Both the position numbers and the translations under genes were made by a program. DNA of 64,000 bases from an uncultured Methanosarcinales archaeon (GTDB lineage: Archaea > Nanobdellota > Nanobdellia > Woesearchaeales > GW2011-AR9): contig CAYFJV010000001.1 of assembly GCA_964343575.1 (NCBI GenBank), positions 91,402 through 155,401 on the forward strand, written 5' to 3'. The notes below the pieces were generated by a model. That model ran no database searches. It was not told the origin of the DNA and was given only the letters and a program-made list of their open reading frames with translations. Shown here piece after piece: positions 1 through 9,552 of this stretch. Within the stretch, counting starts at the first letter, position 1, and the number at the start of each line of letters is the position of its first letter.

Positions 1-1509
1 CAAACATCTGATGATATGATTTTGTCTCTTGATAGTCTTGAGGTTGGTGAGTATGATCTTGATGCACAAGGAATTGCGGTAAACTTTGATTATTTTTCTT
101 GGGACCCCTATTTGGATTTGAATGCAGGAGATGAGCAGATTGATGCAACTTCTTTCTACATTGATAGTCCCTTGCCACTTTTTGGAGTCGATATTAGTTT
201 TAACAAATATCTGAACACTTATGATATTAGTTACCCTGTTTTGGTTACTCTTCAGGATGAAAATGCCTTTGATGGAAGAGGCTATAGTTTTAGTTTTGCT
301 CTTGAAACAAACATTATTAACAATGAGCCAGTTCGTAGTTCAAGTGTAACTCCTGCTGTGATTATTACCGAAGGGCAGTCTTTACTTTGTAACCCTACTC
401 AGCGTGAAACTGAAATGATCTCTTCACTTATTGTTGATGCCTACACTCACGAACCGCTTGAATTGGTACAATTTGGCTTTAGTATTCCAAATGATGATCG
501 TTGTTTAATGGGAGCAACTGAAGAAGATGGAGGATTTTCTGCCTCCTATCCTGCTGCTTATGGTGGGATGCTGGATCTACGTTTGGACGGGTATTTAACT
601 GAATACTTTTCCTTGGATACTTATCCTTTCAAAGAAGAATCAGCAGTTATTGGTTATGCGGTGGCGGGTGTTGATGCTCCGGTCTTTGAACTTTATCCTG
701 TGAAAGAACTTGCCGTTTCTGTGCAGAAAAAGAATGTGGGAAAGTGTATTCAGACAGTTGATGTGGATCATTGTGTTGCTTCTACAAGCGCAATAGGTGG
801 TTTCAATGATTGTGCAGACGATCCTTTGAATAGAGTTTGTTTCTTTAATAGCGCAGGAGGTTTATTCTTGCCAGAAGAGCCGGACATTGTAGCTGAAGCA
901 AATGGAAGTAAAAGTTATCTTAATGAATATTATTTTACCACTGCATCTCACACTCTTGCTGAAAATGAGGAAGTGTTTGTTATTATGGAAAGAGTTACAG
1001 ATGTTATTGGAGAAGTTCCAGGAACTAGTTCTGATGAGTTTTCTGCAGTGTTTAGTGTTACTGGAGATGCGCCTAGCACCGTGGAATTGGTTCCTGGTGT
1101 CTATAAAGTTACCACCACAGCACAAATATATCTTAATGATGGCGAGCCTTATGTGATTCCAAGCGATCATCGTTGTTTGAATAGTAGGGATGCAGATTGT
1201 TTTGAAATTGAAGGAGCAGAAGTTGAAAGCCTTCTTGGTTCAACCATGCAATGGCATGAAGAAAGTACTTATGTTACCATCACTGAAGAAGATCTTTACA
1301 GTGCAAATGAGTTTGTGTTTTATACTTTGATGCAAGATTGGCAGGGGATTCCTGAAGTTGCAGACTCTATTGACTTTGGAGGAAGCCCTTTGGAAGTTAA
1401 TGGAAGGATGGTAGAAGATTTTACCGTTATTGACGAAGTAACCTTGCTTGCAAATAGACCTGATGTGCGTAGCGCTCTGGAGCCAAGCTGGATAAAAATT
1501 GATAGTTAG
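1..1509 (+). CDS. acidic secreted/surface protein, C-terminal part (gene starts upstream of the window)
   Basis: Frame 1 is open from base 1 with no stop before the ATG at 16, so the gene probably begins upstream. The 497+ aa are very D/E/S/T-rich with scattered Cys and no catalytic motif. The next surface-protein gene follows after 34 nt and is preceded by a GAGGAG SD-like motif. Confidence 0.6.
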   Translation, partial: QTSDDMILSLDSLEVGEYDLDAQGIAVNFDYFSWDPYLDLNAGDEQIDATSFYIDSPLPLFGVDISFNKYLNTYDISYPVLVTLQDENAFDGRGYSFSFALETNIINNEPVRSSSVTPAVIITEGQSLLCNPTQRETEMISSLIVDAYTHEPLELVQFGFSIPNDDRCLMGATEEDGGFSASYPAAYGGMLDLRLDGYLTEYFSLDTYPFKEESAVIGYAVAGVDAPVFELYPVKELAVSVQKKNVGKCIQTVDVDHCVASTSAIGGFNDCADDPLNRVCFFNSAGGLFLPEEPDIVAEANGSKSYLNEYYFTTASHTLAENEEVFVIMERVTDVIGEVPGTSSDEFSAVFSVTGDAPSTVELVPGVYKVTTTAQIYLNDGEPYVIPSDHRCLNSRDADCFEIEGAEVESLLGSTMQWHEESTYVTITEEDLYSANEFVFYTLMQDWQGIPEVADSIDFGGSPLEVNGRMVEDFTVIDEVTLLANRPDVRSALEPSWIKIDS

Positions 1510-1543
1510 AACAGATAGTTAGAGAGTTGAGGAGAGATGAAAG

Positions 1544-4500
1544 ATGAAAAAGAGTAATGAGAAAAAGATGTGGGCTCTCGCTGGTCTTTGGGTAATGTGT
1601 TTAGTCTTGACTCTTCCTTTCTATTCTGCTCATGCTCTTGCTACCACCGTCACCATTAGTCAAAATCATGGACTTGATGCTGTTCCAGATTACATTGATG
1701 CAGGCGGTGATACTTGGACTGTAGAGGCGACTGTAAGTAATTATGATGGTGAAGGGAGCCTCTCTGCGAGCCAGGTTCTTTTAGATGTGAGTGGAAGCGA
1801 GCTTCCTTTTGATTCTTGTTCTGGGGATACCTTGAGCACACGCTGTACTTTTGAAAGTGATTTGAGTGATGGGATTCTTGAAGGAGAATATCCTTTTACT
1901 GTTTCTGTTTATGATCCTGCTTTGGTGAGTGTTGATGCCCAGGTTGGAGGAGTTGTATATGCAGATGGTTCTGTGCCAAGTGTTTCTTTGACTTATCTTG
2001 AGCAAATTGGAAGTGAAGTTCGCCTAGACTTTACAGCATCTGAGCTTCCGCTTGATGCCTGTTCTGGTTTTGAAAGTTTGCGTATCATTGATGCTGATAC
2101 TGATGAGATTTTGGAAACGATCACTTTTGATGAGCCAGGAGATTGTGAGTACTTTTATGAGATTGACAGTCCTGGGATGGGGGTTTTACAGGTAGAACTT
2201 GAAGGAGAAGGACTTCGTCGTTTAGAAGTTGAAGCAACCGATTTTTTAGGACATAGTGACATTAGCAGTTCTCGATCTTTTGAAAGTGATTTTGTTGCTC
2301 CAAGTATTGTTTTTGGGAGTATGGAATTAGTTGAGTTTGGAGATTATATAGGGGATTTTAGTGCGCCAAGTGATGTTGTGGTTAATGTTACTGAGTGTGA
2401 AGAACTCGTTGAAGTTGCTGCAACTTCAGAGCAGATTGATTTTGCAAGTCAGCCAGGAAACTGTGTGTTGGAAGATAGTTTGTCTTGTACTTGGACTTGT
2501 GAGTGGAATTCTCTGACTGTCTCCCCTGATGGAAGTAGTGTAAGTGCAGAGTTTGTTGCAATTGATGGGAAAGAAAATGTTGGCACTGCGATTTTGACTC
2601 AGGGATTCTCAGTTGATAGTGCTGCCCCTCAAGTTACTTCTTTTGGGACAGAGAATACTTTTCAAGGAGCGAGTTATGTTGCAGCAGGAGAAGAAAACTT
2701 AATTGTTCTAGAGTTGACTGATACTGGGGCTGGAATTGCTTTAGATGGCAGCGGTGTTGCTGCTAACCTTCTTGCAGTGGGAGGGGGTGATTGGCAAGTT
2801 CCAGATTCTTGTGTTGAAGGCGATGCAGGAAAGTTTACTTGTGAATGGTTGGTCTCAACTCGTTCAAGTTCTTCTACGACTTCAGATACTATTAGCTTGC
2901 GCCAACTTGATGATGTGGTTGGCAATATGGGGGACCTTGAGTCTGCTGAAGTTTTGATTGATGGTATTGCTCCAATTGTTCGTTCCATAGACTTCTCTGC
3001 CTTTTCAGTACTTGGTGAGAAAGAGTTTTTCCAAAGTAATGATGACGTGCTTGTTACACTTGAAGTTGAAGAAGCAGCTGGTTTAGAAATTTTTGTTGAT
3101 GCAAGAGAATTGGTTATGGATGCTGAGACTAAATATCGTTATGGGGAGTATGTTGATACTGAGTATATTGCTGATGAGCGTGATGGCTTTGCTCACTTTA
3201 GTGAGGCAGATTGTTCTAGAGAAGCGGGTGATGGTAACTGGCTTTGTGAGTTGAGAGTGGATTCTATCAAAAGTGGTTATGATCCTGCAGCGGAGTTTAG
3301 TGTGGAAGTCTTTGATACTGCGGGGAATTTGGCAAGTTGCGCCTCAAGCAGTTTGGAGAGTGATGCTACAACTGTTGCTGGGCAGAACTGTGAGTATAGT
3401 ATGGAAATTTTTGCTGTTGATGAAGAAACTCAACCCGATTTTTGGGAAGTAAGTAGTTTGAGTGATGGAGATTCTTTTGTAAACTTGGATATCTCTCAGT
3501 TAACTTCTCCTCGGGTAAATTATGATATCCGTTTAAGTAGTGATATTGCTGCAGAGGCAGCTTTGATTGAAGTAGGAGAATGTGTATCAAATGAAACTGG
3601 CGCACCAGTGGTTGGGAGAAGTATTCTCTTTGGTGGTGCGAATGCTGGAGCTAACCCCTCTTTGAATATGATCCTTGAGTATGATCCTTTCGATCCGGCA
3701 AGTGTTTTTGATGTAGGGACTTTGGAAGGTGGAGAGGAGTTCTCTGGTGAGGTCTTTGAGTATACCTGTCAAATGGATGTTTACTCCATTGTTGGTGATA
3801 CTGCAATGAGTTTTGCAGAGAAACAAGAAGTAGTGCTTCCAGTGCTTTTTGCTTATTCTGAGCTTGGCGCTCTTGATGAGAACATTGATGATTTAATTTA
3901 TCAAGAAATTTCAAAGGGCTCTTTTAGAACCTTTAAAGTAATTAATGATATCGCAAAAGTACTTCGCTGGGGAGAATTGTTGCTTGTTGCAATTAATGTC
4001 TTTAACTTTTTGTTCCAGACCATCGCCGGAATAAATGCTGCAGTTGAGCCTTTGCAGAACCTGCCAACTACGAAGCCGGCAGCTACCGGAGTTTGTTTTG
4101 GAGGAGAGGGGGCAAAAAGTGGAGCTAGCACAGTATTGCCTCAAATAACTGGATTTTTACAAGTATTTTATTGCCACCCTGGAGATACAGAGTTTGGAAG
4201 TGGAAGTATTGGTGGGGTAATGAATGGTTGGCAGCAGTGGCAGAAAACTGTGCTTGAACTTTGGTCGACGCTTAAAGGAGAGTGGGTCTATGATCTGGCC
4301 TTTGGAAATAAGGGGCCTACGGGAGAGAAAGCAGACCCAGGTTTCTTAGACGATCCTTCTTTTGGTAGCGATGAGCAAAGTAAACAATTTTGGTATAACC
4401 AGCTAAGTTCTCGTGGAACTGCAGCTAGTTTGTATGATAACATCTATGTTGGAGCAATCGGTCTTTGTATTCCTTCGGTAATGTATAACATACAAAAATT

Positions 4501-5008
4501 ATATCAGGCCCATTGTACCAAACTTGCTTGTTTAAAGAATGATGTGCCGGCTGGTCAGGCGACTGTGCAGTCTTGTTTTGAGGTACAAGAATATCTTGTT
4601 TGTAAGTATGTCTTGGGAGAAGTTGTAGCTCAAATCATGCCGCTTACTCAGCTTGATCGTTTGTTAGGAGATTTACTGAAAAGCATTATTTTTGATCCTG
4701 TTGGAACTATCATGTCTATCATTTCGATAACTTGTTCAACTATCTGTGCTACTTCTAACACTGGAGTAAATGTTTGTACTGCCATTACTTGGCTTTTGGA
4801 TGCAGTAAGTATGGCGGGTTCAATCGCAAATGTTATTAAGGGGATTCCAACTATCCAATACGATATTTGTAAGGAAGCAGGAGTTGAAACTGTATTGAAA
4901 AATTATGAACAGTATGAAGCAGAGCAGGTTGCAGCTGGTGAAAGTTCAAGTGTGACTACGCAAGATATTGCTGCAGAAGGCAGTGGCGTTGAGGGGGCGA
5001 GTGCATGA
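1544..5008 (+). CDS. giant secreted protein: signal peptide, acidic Ig-like repeat region, hydrophobic Cys/Gly-rich C-terminal domain
   Basis: 1154 aa with N-terminal signal peptide KKMWALAGLWVMCLVLTLPFYSAHALA. About 780 acidic aa carry recurring Cys-pair modules and x-D-x-x-G-N strands (FVAIDGKENVG, LDDVVGNMG, VFDTAGNLA). The last ~360 aa are non-acidic and contain several hydrophobic helices and many Cys. Confidence 0.75.
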   Translation: MKKSNEKKMWALAGLWVMCLVLTLPFYSAHALATTVTISQNHGLDAVPDYIDAGGDTWTVEATVSNYDGEGSLSASQVLLDVSGSELPFDSCSGDTLSTRCTFESDLSDGILEGEYPFTVSVYDPALVSVDAQVGGVVYADGSVPSVSLTYLEQIGSEVRLDFTASELPLDACSGFESLRIIDADTDEILETITFDEPGDCEYFYEIDSPGMGVLQVELEGEGLRRLEVEATDFLGHSDISSSRSFESDFVAPSIVFGSMELVEFGDYIGDFSAPSDVVVNVTECEELVEVAATSEQIDFASQPGNCVLEDSLSCTWTCEWNSLTVSPDGSSVSAEFVAIDGKENVGTAILTQGFSVDSAAPQVTSFGTENTFQGASYVAAGEENLIVLELTDTGAGIALDGSGVAANLLAVGGGDWQVPDSCVEGDAGKFTCEWLVSTRSSSSTTSDTISLRQLDDVVGNMGDLESAEVLIDGIAPIVRSIDFSAFSVLGEKEFFQSNDDVLVTLEVEEAAGLEIFVDARELVMDAETKYRYGEYVDTEYIADERDGFAHFSEADCSREAGDGNWLCELRVDSIKSGYDPAAEFSVEVFDTAGNLASCASSSLESDATTVAGQNCEYSMEIFAVDEETQPDFWEVSSLSDGDSFVNLDISQLTSPRVNYDIRLSSDIAAEAALIEVGECVSNETGAPVVGRSILFGGANAGANPSLNMILEYDPFDPASVFDVGTLEGGEEFSGEVFEYTCQMDVYSIVGDTAMSFAEKQEVVLPVLFAYSELGALDENIDDLIYQEISKGSFRTFKVINDIAKVLRWGELLLVAINVFNFLFQTIAGINAAVEPLQNLPTTKPAATGVCFGGEGAKSGASTVLPQITGFLQVFYCHPGDTEFGSGSIGGVMNGWQQWQKTVLELWSTLKGEWVYDLAFGNKGPTGEKADPGFLDDPSFGSDEQSKQFWYNQLSSRGTAASLYDNIYVGAIGLCIPSVMYNIQKLYQAHCTKLACLKNDVPAGQATVQSCFEVQEYLVCKYVLGEVVAQIMPLTQLDRLLGDLLKSIIFDPVGTIMSIISITCSTICATSNTGVNVCTAITWLLDAVSMAGSIANVIKGIPTIQYDICKEAGVETVLKNYEQYEAEQVAAGESSSVTTQDIAAEGSGVEGASA

Positions 5009-6966
5009 GATCAAAAACCTTCTTTTCACTTTTCTTTTGTATGTTGCTAGTCTTAGTTAGTGTTTCTTTTGTTTTTGCCGATTTGGAAGTGATTAGTGAT
5101 CCTGATGTTGTTGTTGGTGATGGTTATTTGTCTGGTTTTGTTTCCATTAGTGGAGAAGCTGCAGATGGTTCAACACAGACGATGTTCATCCCAACAGATG
5201 TATACAATGATTTGGAAGAGGATGGTTTCTTTGCTAATGCTGATCTTTTGTATGATACTGATGCTGGCGCTCTGAGTTATGGTGATCAGACTTCCTTTTT
5301 TATTGATGATCTTACTCCTGGCCATGAGTCAATAAGGGTTGATTACTGGACAAGATCAGGGCCTGATGATTGGGAACAACACACTATCATTGATAACGAT
5401 GAAGGTGTTGATTTGTTCTACGATGAGGGAACTGGCGTTCTTAGTGTAGTCTCTGAGGGAGAAGTTGTAGCAAGCGGGGATATCTCTGGAGATGCTGATG
5501 CAACTTTAAGCTCCCTTGCAACGGGGACTGATAGCGTTTTGTTTGCTGGAGCTGAAGGAGAAGGAGATACTCGAGTTGATTTTAGTGGAGACGGTATTGT
5601 TATTGAACAAGGAACTTTTAGCGGAGGAAAGCTAGAAGAGGGTACAAAAACAACTGAAACTACGGAGGATCTTCTGATTGGTTCTCGAACTGTGACTACC
5701 ACCATTACTGTTGAAGGTGGAGAAGAGGTTAGAGATTCAGGAGAAGTGTGGGATGCTGATGGAGAACTGGAATACACATGGGCAACAGAGCAGGACGGCG
5801 ATCGAGTGTATATGAGTGCTGCGGGACAAGTAGTTGGCTACTCAAGTCATGATGTTGGTGATACTGATTATGGACTTGTCTTTATTTCTCACGATGGAAA
5901 AACACAGGGGAATGGCTTGACTGATGAAGGTTGGGAGAGGTTGGATGAAGGAAAACCAATTCGTTCTGAAGATATAAACTTGAATAGAGAAGATTGTGTG
6001 AGTGATACTTGTATTGCTGTTCAAGAGCAACAACAGTCAGAAATTTATGCTGGTGTAGAGCATGGTCTTGGGTACCTGGGATCAGGACAGTTTTTTTCAA
6101 ACCTACTTTTTGGGGACCTTTATATTGAACAAGGTGTTGCTTCTTGGGATCGTTTCTGGGCAGGTTCTGTTGTTGGAGAAGAGTATTGGGAATCTTTAGT
6201 TTGCAGTTGGCAATTTCCTGACGTGCAAGATCAAGGTGTTGCTTTTATTGAAACTCCGGCAGGAACAATTCAATTCGTTGGGCATATCGAAGCAGAAGTT
6301 TCTTCTGAAGGGCCTATGCTTTGTTCTTACAATGAAGAAGAGTTAGCTTACACTTCTTGTCCGGAAGGACTTCGTTGCGTTGATGAAGTTTGTGTAGATA
6401 GTGAAGAGGAAGCGGTTAATGCAGAGATGTATAAAATTACTTGGGGCGTGCAAGCTCCGATGGATGAAGCTTTTACTCCTTATGTAAGTGAAGATGGAGT
6501 TGCTATTACTTACAATATTTTAATTGGTGGTCCTGATTTGCAGAGTAAGAATTTGGCAGAAGCAGGTGTTTGTGGTGATAACGATCCAAGTTGTGTTCGT
6601 TTGTACAGTTACCAAGGAGATAGCGGTTTTCCTTTACGTTTAGAAAATGGTGAAGCAGATGGAGCAACTGTTGTTGAGTGGTCTACAAACACAGATTATG
6701 CAACAGTATGTATTGCTTGGGGAAAACCACCTGTTACTATTAATTATTGGGTTGCAGGAAATCAGCTTCCTAAGGGTAAATATGAAGGAATGTCTGGTGG
6801 AACTATTGTAGATCCTGTTTGTAACGAAATTAAGTTAAGTACGCGAGGAACTGTTGCTTCTGCTGCAGAAGCAGGAAAAAGCAAGTCGAATCAAGAAGCT
6901 GGAAGTAGAGATGCTGGATCTTCCTCAGTTGCAACTGAGCAAGGAGTTACTTTGAATGACTTTTAG
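5005..6966 (+). CDS. acidic secreted protein, translationally coupled to the upstream gene
   Basis: 653 aa. The start ATG overlaps the upstream stop (ATGA at 5005-5008). Signal peptide MRSKTFFSLFFCMLLVLVSVSFVFA. Strongly acidic N-terminal half and a Cys-containing C-terminal half. No known motif recognised. Confidence 0.7.
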   Translation: MRSKTFFSLFFCMLLVLVSVSFVFADLEVISDPDVVVGDGYLSGFVSISGEAADGSTQTMFIPTDVYNDLEEDGFFANADLLYDTDAGALSYGDQTSFFIDDLTPGHESIRVDYWTRSGPDDWEQHTIIDNDEGVDLFYDEGTGVLSVVSEGEVVASGDISGDADATLSSLATGTDSVLFAGAEGEGDTRVDFSGDGIVIEQGTFSGGKLEEGTKTTETTEDLLIGSRTVTTTITVEGGEEVRDSGEVWDADGELEYTWATEQDGDRVYMSAAGQVVGYSSHDVGDTDYGLVFISHDGKTQGNGLTDEGWERLDEGKPIRSEDINLNREDCVSDTCIAVQEQQQSEIYAGVEHGLGYLGSGQFFSNLLFGDLYIEQGVASWDRFWAGSVVGEEYWESLVCSWQFPDVQDQGVAFIETPAGTIQFVGHIEAEVSSEGPMLCSYNEEELAYTSCPEGLRCVDEVCVDSEEEAVNAEMYKITWGVQAPMDEAFTPYVSEDGVAITYNILIGGPDLQSKNLAEAGVCGDNDPSCVRLYSYQGDSGFPLRLENGEADGATVVEWSTNTDYATVCIAWGKPPVTINYWVAGNQLPKGKYEGMSGGTIVDPVCNEIKLSTRGTVASAAEAGKSKSNQEAGSRDAGSSSVATEQGVTLNDF

Positions 6967-6999
6967 TGTTTTTAGAATTTAGATAAAGATGTTTGAGCT

Positions 7000-7854
7000 T
7001 TGGTGAGAAAAGTGGTTGAGAAAGGTTTTTGGAAGAAGGAATGGGCTGTCTATAAGCAGTCTTTTTCTGATAGGAAACTTTTGCTGAACTCTTTTTTCTA
7101 TGATCTTGCAACAGTCGGTGCTTTTGGTATCTTGCTTCTTTTGTTTAACTTACTTGTTCAAAACCAAATGCAAAAAGTAATGCAAGGAAGATCTGCTTAT
7201 GAAGTGCAACAGCTTTTCTTAACTGCAGCTCCTGAAGAGCTCACTGTTTTGCTTGGCGATATGCGTTTGCTACTTTTTATCTTAAGCGTAGGTTTGCCTT
7301 TGATGGTTTTGCTCGGGTTTTTTACTCTAGCTTTTTCTCGATCTCACTTATGGGCTTATCTTTTGGGAAAAAAATGGCAGAAGAAAGGACTTGGTAAGTG
7401 GTTTTTATTCATGGTTTTAGGTTCTGTGTTAGTTCTTATCTATTTTGTTTTAGGACTTCTTGTAAAACTCTTCTTGGTCAGTGCTCTTGCTTCTGTGGTT
7501 GGAAATCCGCAGGCAACAGGAGTCATTCTTTTTGATAGCTTTTTGATGCAAATTATTGTGATCAAATCGATGATGTTCTTTTTTGCTTTGAATTATTCTT
7601 TTGCAAAAAGTTCACTTGTTTGGAAATCTGTTGGAGATAGTTTTTCTTTGCTCTTTAAAAAATGGGGTCAGCTCTTTTTTCCTGTCCTTGCTTTGGTGCT
7701 TACTTTGACCGCCTTACATAGTTTACTTTCCTACTTATTTTTAGAAATCTTTTTTGCACAGCAAGTTGTTTTCTTTATTGTGCAGCCAGTGGTTTTGCTT
7801 TTTGTGATTGCTTTTGCAAGGGTGTACTTCTTGCAGGTCTTTAGGCAGAAATGA
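7000..7854 (+). CDS. polytopic membrane protein of unknown function
   Basis: 284 aa with about 6-7 long hydrophobic segments (LATVGAFGILLLLFNLLV, LLLFILSVGLPLMVLLGFFTLAF, FLFMVLGSVLVLIYFVLGLLV and others). It lies 33 nt after the previous gene on the same strand. The track start is TTG, so the exact start is uncertain. Confidence 0.6.
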   Translation: MVRKVVEKGFWKKEWAVYKQSFSDRKLLLNSFFYDLATVGAFGILLLLFNLLVQNQMQKVMQGRSAYEVQQLFLTAAPEELTVLLGDMRLLLFILSVGLPLMVLLGFFTLAFSRSHLWAYLLGKKWQKKGLGKWFLFMVLGSVLVLIYFVLGLLVKLFLVSALASVVGNPQATGVILFDSFLMQIIVIKSMMFFFALNYSFAKSSLVWKSVGDSFSLLFKKWGQLFFPVLALVLTLTALHSLLSYLFLEIFFAQQVVFFIVQPVVLLFVIAFARVYFLQVFRQK

Positions 7855-7940
7855 TAAGGAAAAGCCTTAAAAAGGGCCCTCATATCTAGGCCTAAAGTTC
7901 TTCTTTTGAGGTTCTTTTATACTAATTGGAGTTGAAATTC

Positions 7941-8408
7941 ATGAAAGTCGAAAATGGAAAAGTAGTCGTAGTTGAGTACGAAGGTAAGTTTGAAGATGGC
8001 ACTATTTTTGATGCTTCTTCTAAGCATGGACAGCCTTTAATGTTCCAAGTAGGAGCGCACCATGTAGTGAAAGGCTTTGAAGAGGCAGTTGTTGGTATGC
8101 AAGTTGGTGAAGAAAAAGAAGTTACTTTGCAACCAGAAGATGCTTACGGTCCTGTGAACCCGCAGCTTCAAAAGAAGGTTCCTCGTGAACATTTGCCTAA
8201 AGATCAAGAACCAAAAGTTGATATGATGCTTATGGTTGGTCTTCCTACTGGTCAGCAATTGCCTGCGCGTATTGTTGCTGTTGATGAGAAAGAAGTTACT
8301 TTAGATTTGAACCATCCTTTGGCTGGGAAAGTATTGATCTTTAAGTTGAAGTTGCTTGAGATTAAAGATGCTCCTGCTGTTGAGGAGAAAGAAGAGAAAA
8401 AAGAATAA
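7941..8408 (+). CDS. FKBP-type peptidyl-prolyl cis-trans isomerase (short archaeal/SlyD-like type with insert-in-flap)
   Basis: Motifs VVVVEYEGKFEDGTIFDAS...PLMFQVGAHHVVKGFEEAVVGMQVGEEKEVTLQPEDAYGP and LNHPLAGKVLIFKLKLLEI match the FKBP fold. ATG at 7941 is preferred over the TTG at 7926. Confidence 0.85.
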   Translation: MKVENGKVVVVEYEGKFEDGTIFDASSKHGQPLMFQVGAHHVVKGFEEAVVGMQVGEEKEVTLQPEDAYGPVNPQLQKKVPREHLPKDQEPKVDMMLMVGLPTGQQLPARIVAVDEKEVTLDLNHPLAGKVLIFKLKLLEIKDAPAVEEKEEKKE

Positions 8409-8421
8409 ATTTATCGCTGGT

Positions 8422-8874
8422 TTATCCAGTAATTATTTCTTCTTCATCTTCGATTCTTTCAATTTCATCGTCTTGGGTTGAAGAAGGGCTTTCTTGTGTT
8501 GGAGTTTCTGCTGTTTGTTCTGGATTTTGCAGTGCAGCTTGTTGTTGTAACATTTGAGGATCGTTAGTAAGAACCCCTGGTTGACTTGCCTCTAAAATCT
8601 CAATTTTCCCAAACTTTCCTGCAGATACCTGTTTTTCTCCTTTGAACTCTGAGCACCAACCATTGCTAATTTTGATGGTGTCTCCCACTTGAACACTGTC
8701 TACTTCATCATTCCAAAGAGTGAGTGTTGTTTTTCCGCTGGCATCTTCTAGAGTTGCCTTGCACACTCTGCCACTTTTGCCAAACTTTTCAAAAGTACGA
8801 GCTTCCCCTTTCTCAGTTACTTGAGCAGTAAGTTCTACTTTGCCTGTGTTTGCTTGTAAATCTTTGATTTCCAT
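8422..8874 (-). CDS. OB-fold single-stranded nucleic-acid-binding protein (SSB/RPA-like) with acidic C-terminal tail
   Basis: 150 aa. KVELTAQVTEKGEARTFEKFGKSGRVCKATLEDASGKTTLTLWNDEVDSVQVGDTIKISNGW is typical of small archaeal OB-fold binders. The C-terminus DDEIERIEDEEEIITG is acidic. Confidence 0.6.
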   Translation of the reverse strand: MEIKDLQANTGKVELTAQVTEKGEARTFEKFGKSGRVCKATLEDASGKTTLTLWNDEVDSVQVGDTIKISNGWCSEFKGEKQVSAGKFGKIEILEASQPGVLTNDPQMLQQQAALQNPEQTAETPTQESPSSTQDDEIERIEDEEEIITG

Positions 8875-9008
8875 GGCTTTGCATCCCTTTTTTGGGCTTT
8901 ATATAGTTTGTGGGGATCTGGGCTGTGGCTTGTGGGTGGATTTGGGACGAGAAAACTTTTTAAACGGGGGCTAGTTCTTGGTCGATGAAACCGCGAAATT
9001 CTGAGGTC

Positions 9009-9083
9009 GCCCCAGTGGCCCAGCGGTAAGGCGTTACCTTGGTAAGGTAGAGATCCCGAGTTCAAATCTCGGCTGGGGCTCCA
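9009..9083 (+). tRNA. tRNA-Thr(GGU): tRNA-Thr (anticodon GGU), CCA encoded
   Basis: Hand-folded cloverleaf. Acceptor GCCCCAG/CTGGGGC is 7 perfect bp. The D arm has A14, G18, G19 and A21. Anticodon stem TTACC/GGTAG with loop TTGGTAA. T arm CCGAG-TTCAAAT-CTCGG. Discriminator T is followed by CCA. Confidence 0.9.
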
Positions 9084-9086
9084 TTT

Positions 9087-9527
9087 TTAACTTGCTAAAA
9101 ATCCTTCTCGCTTGATATCTTCAATGATGTAATGGATCTCTTTTTTCTCAATCTTGAAACGTTGTTCTAATTTTTCTAAGAAGTCATCTAGTTTAATAAC
9201 ATCTTCGTGAATGGTTTCTATGATAAAGTTCCAACTGTTGTTTATTTTGTAGATGTTATTCACTGCTTCATGGATGAGTAAGTGTTGTTTGAGTTCTTCT
9301 TTGTTTTCTTGTTGCACTCTTAGAAAAACATGTGCCTTGCAATGGTAACCTAATTTTTGAAAGTTAAGTAGGGAAGTGTGTTTAATGATAATCTCTTTTC
9401 TTAATTGTTTCAAAATGTCAAAAAGTGTTGAAATGGGAATGTTTGTTTTTTTGCTTGCATTGGTTAAGGTAATGCGAGCGTTCTTTCGTAAACATTTAAG
9501 GAATATAATGTATTTGTTTTTTATCAT
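9087..9527 (-). CDS. Lrp/AsnC-family transcriptional regulator
   Basis: 146 aa. N-terminal HTH (ARITLTNASKKTNIPISTLFDILKQLRKEIIIKH) followed by a RAM-like alpha/beta domain (KAHVFLRV...IYKINNSWNFIIETI). Confidence 0.65.
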   Translation of the reverse strand: MIKNKYIIFLKCLRKNARITLTNASKKTNIPISTLFDILKQLRKEIIIKHTSLLNFQKLGYHCKAHVFLRVQQENKEELKQHLLIHEAVNNIYKINNSWNFIIETIHEDVIKLDDFLEKLEQRFKIEKKEIHYIIEDIKREGFLAS

Positions 9528-9552
9528 GTTTTCTCGTCGATAAGGTAGAAGT

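Noticed and set aside
8835-9065. 76-aa minus-strand ORF
   Set aside because: It overlaps the tRNA-Thr gene and the OB-fold gene start region. The tRNA fold is unambiguous.
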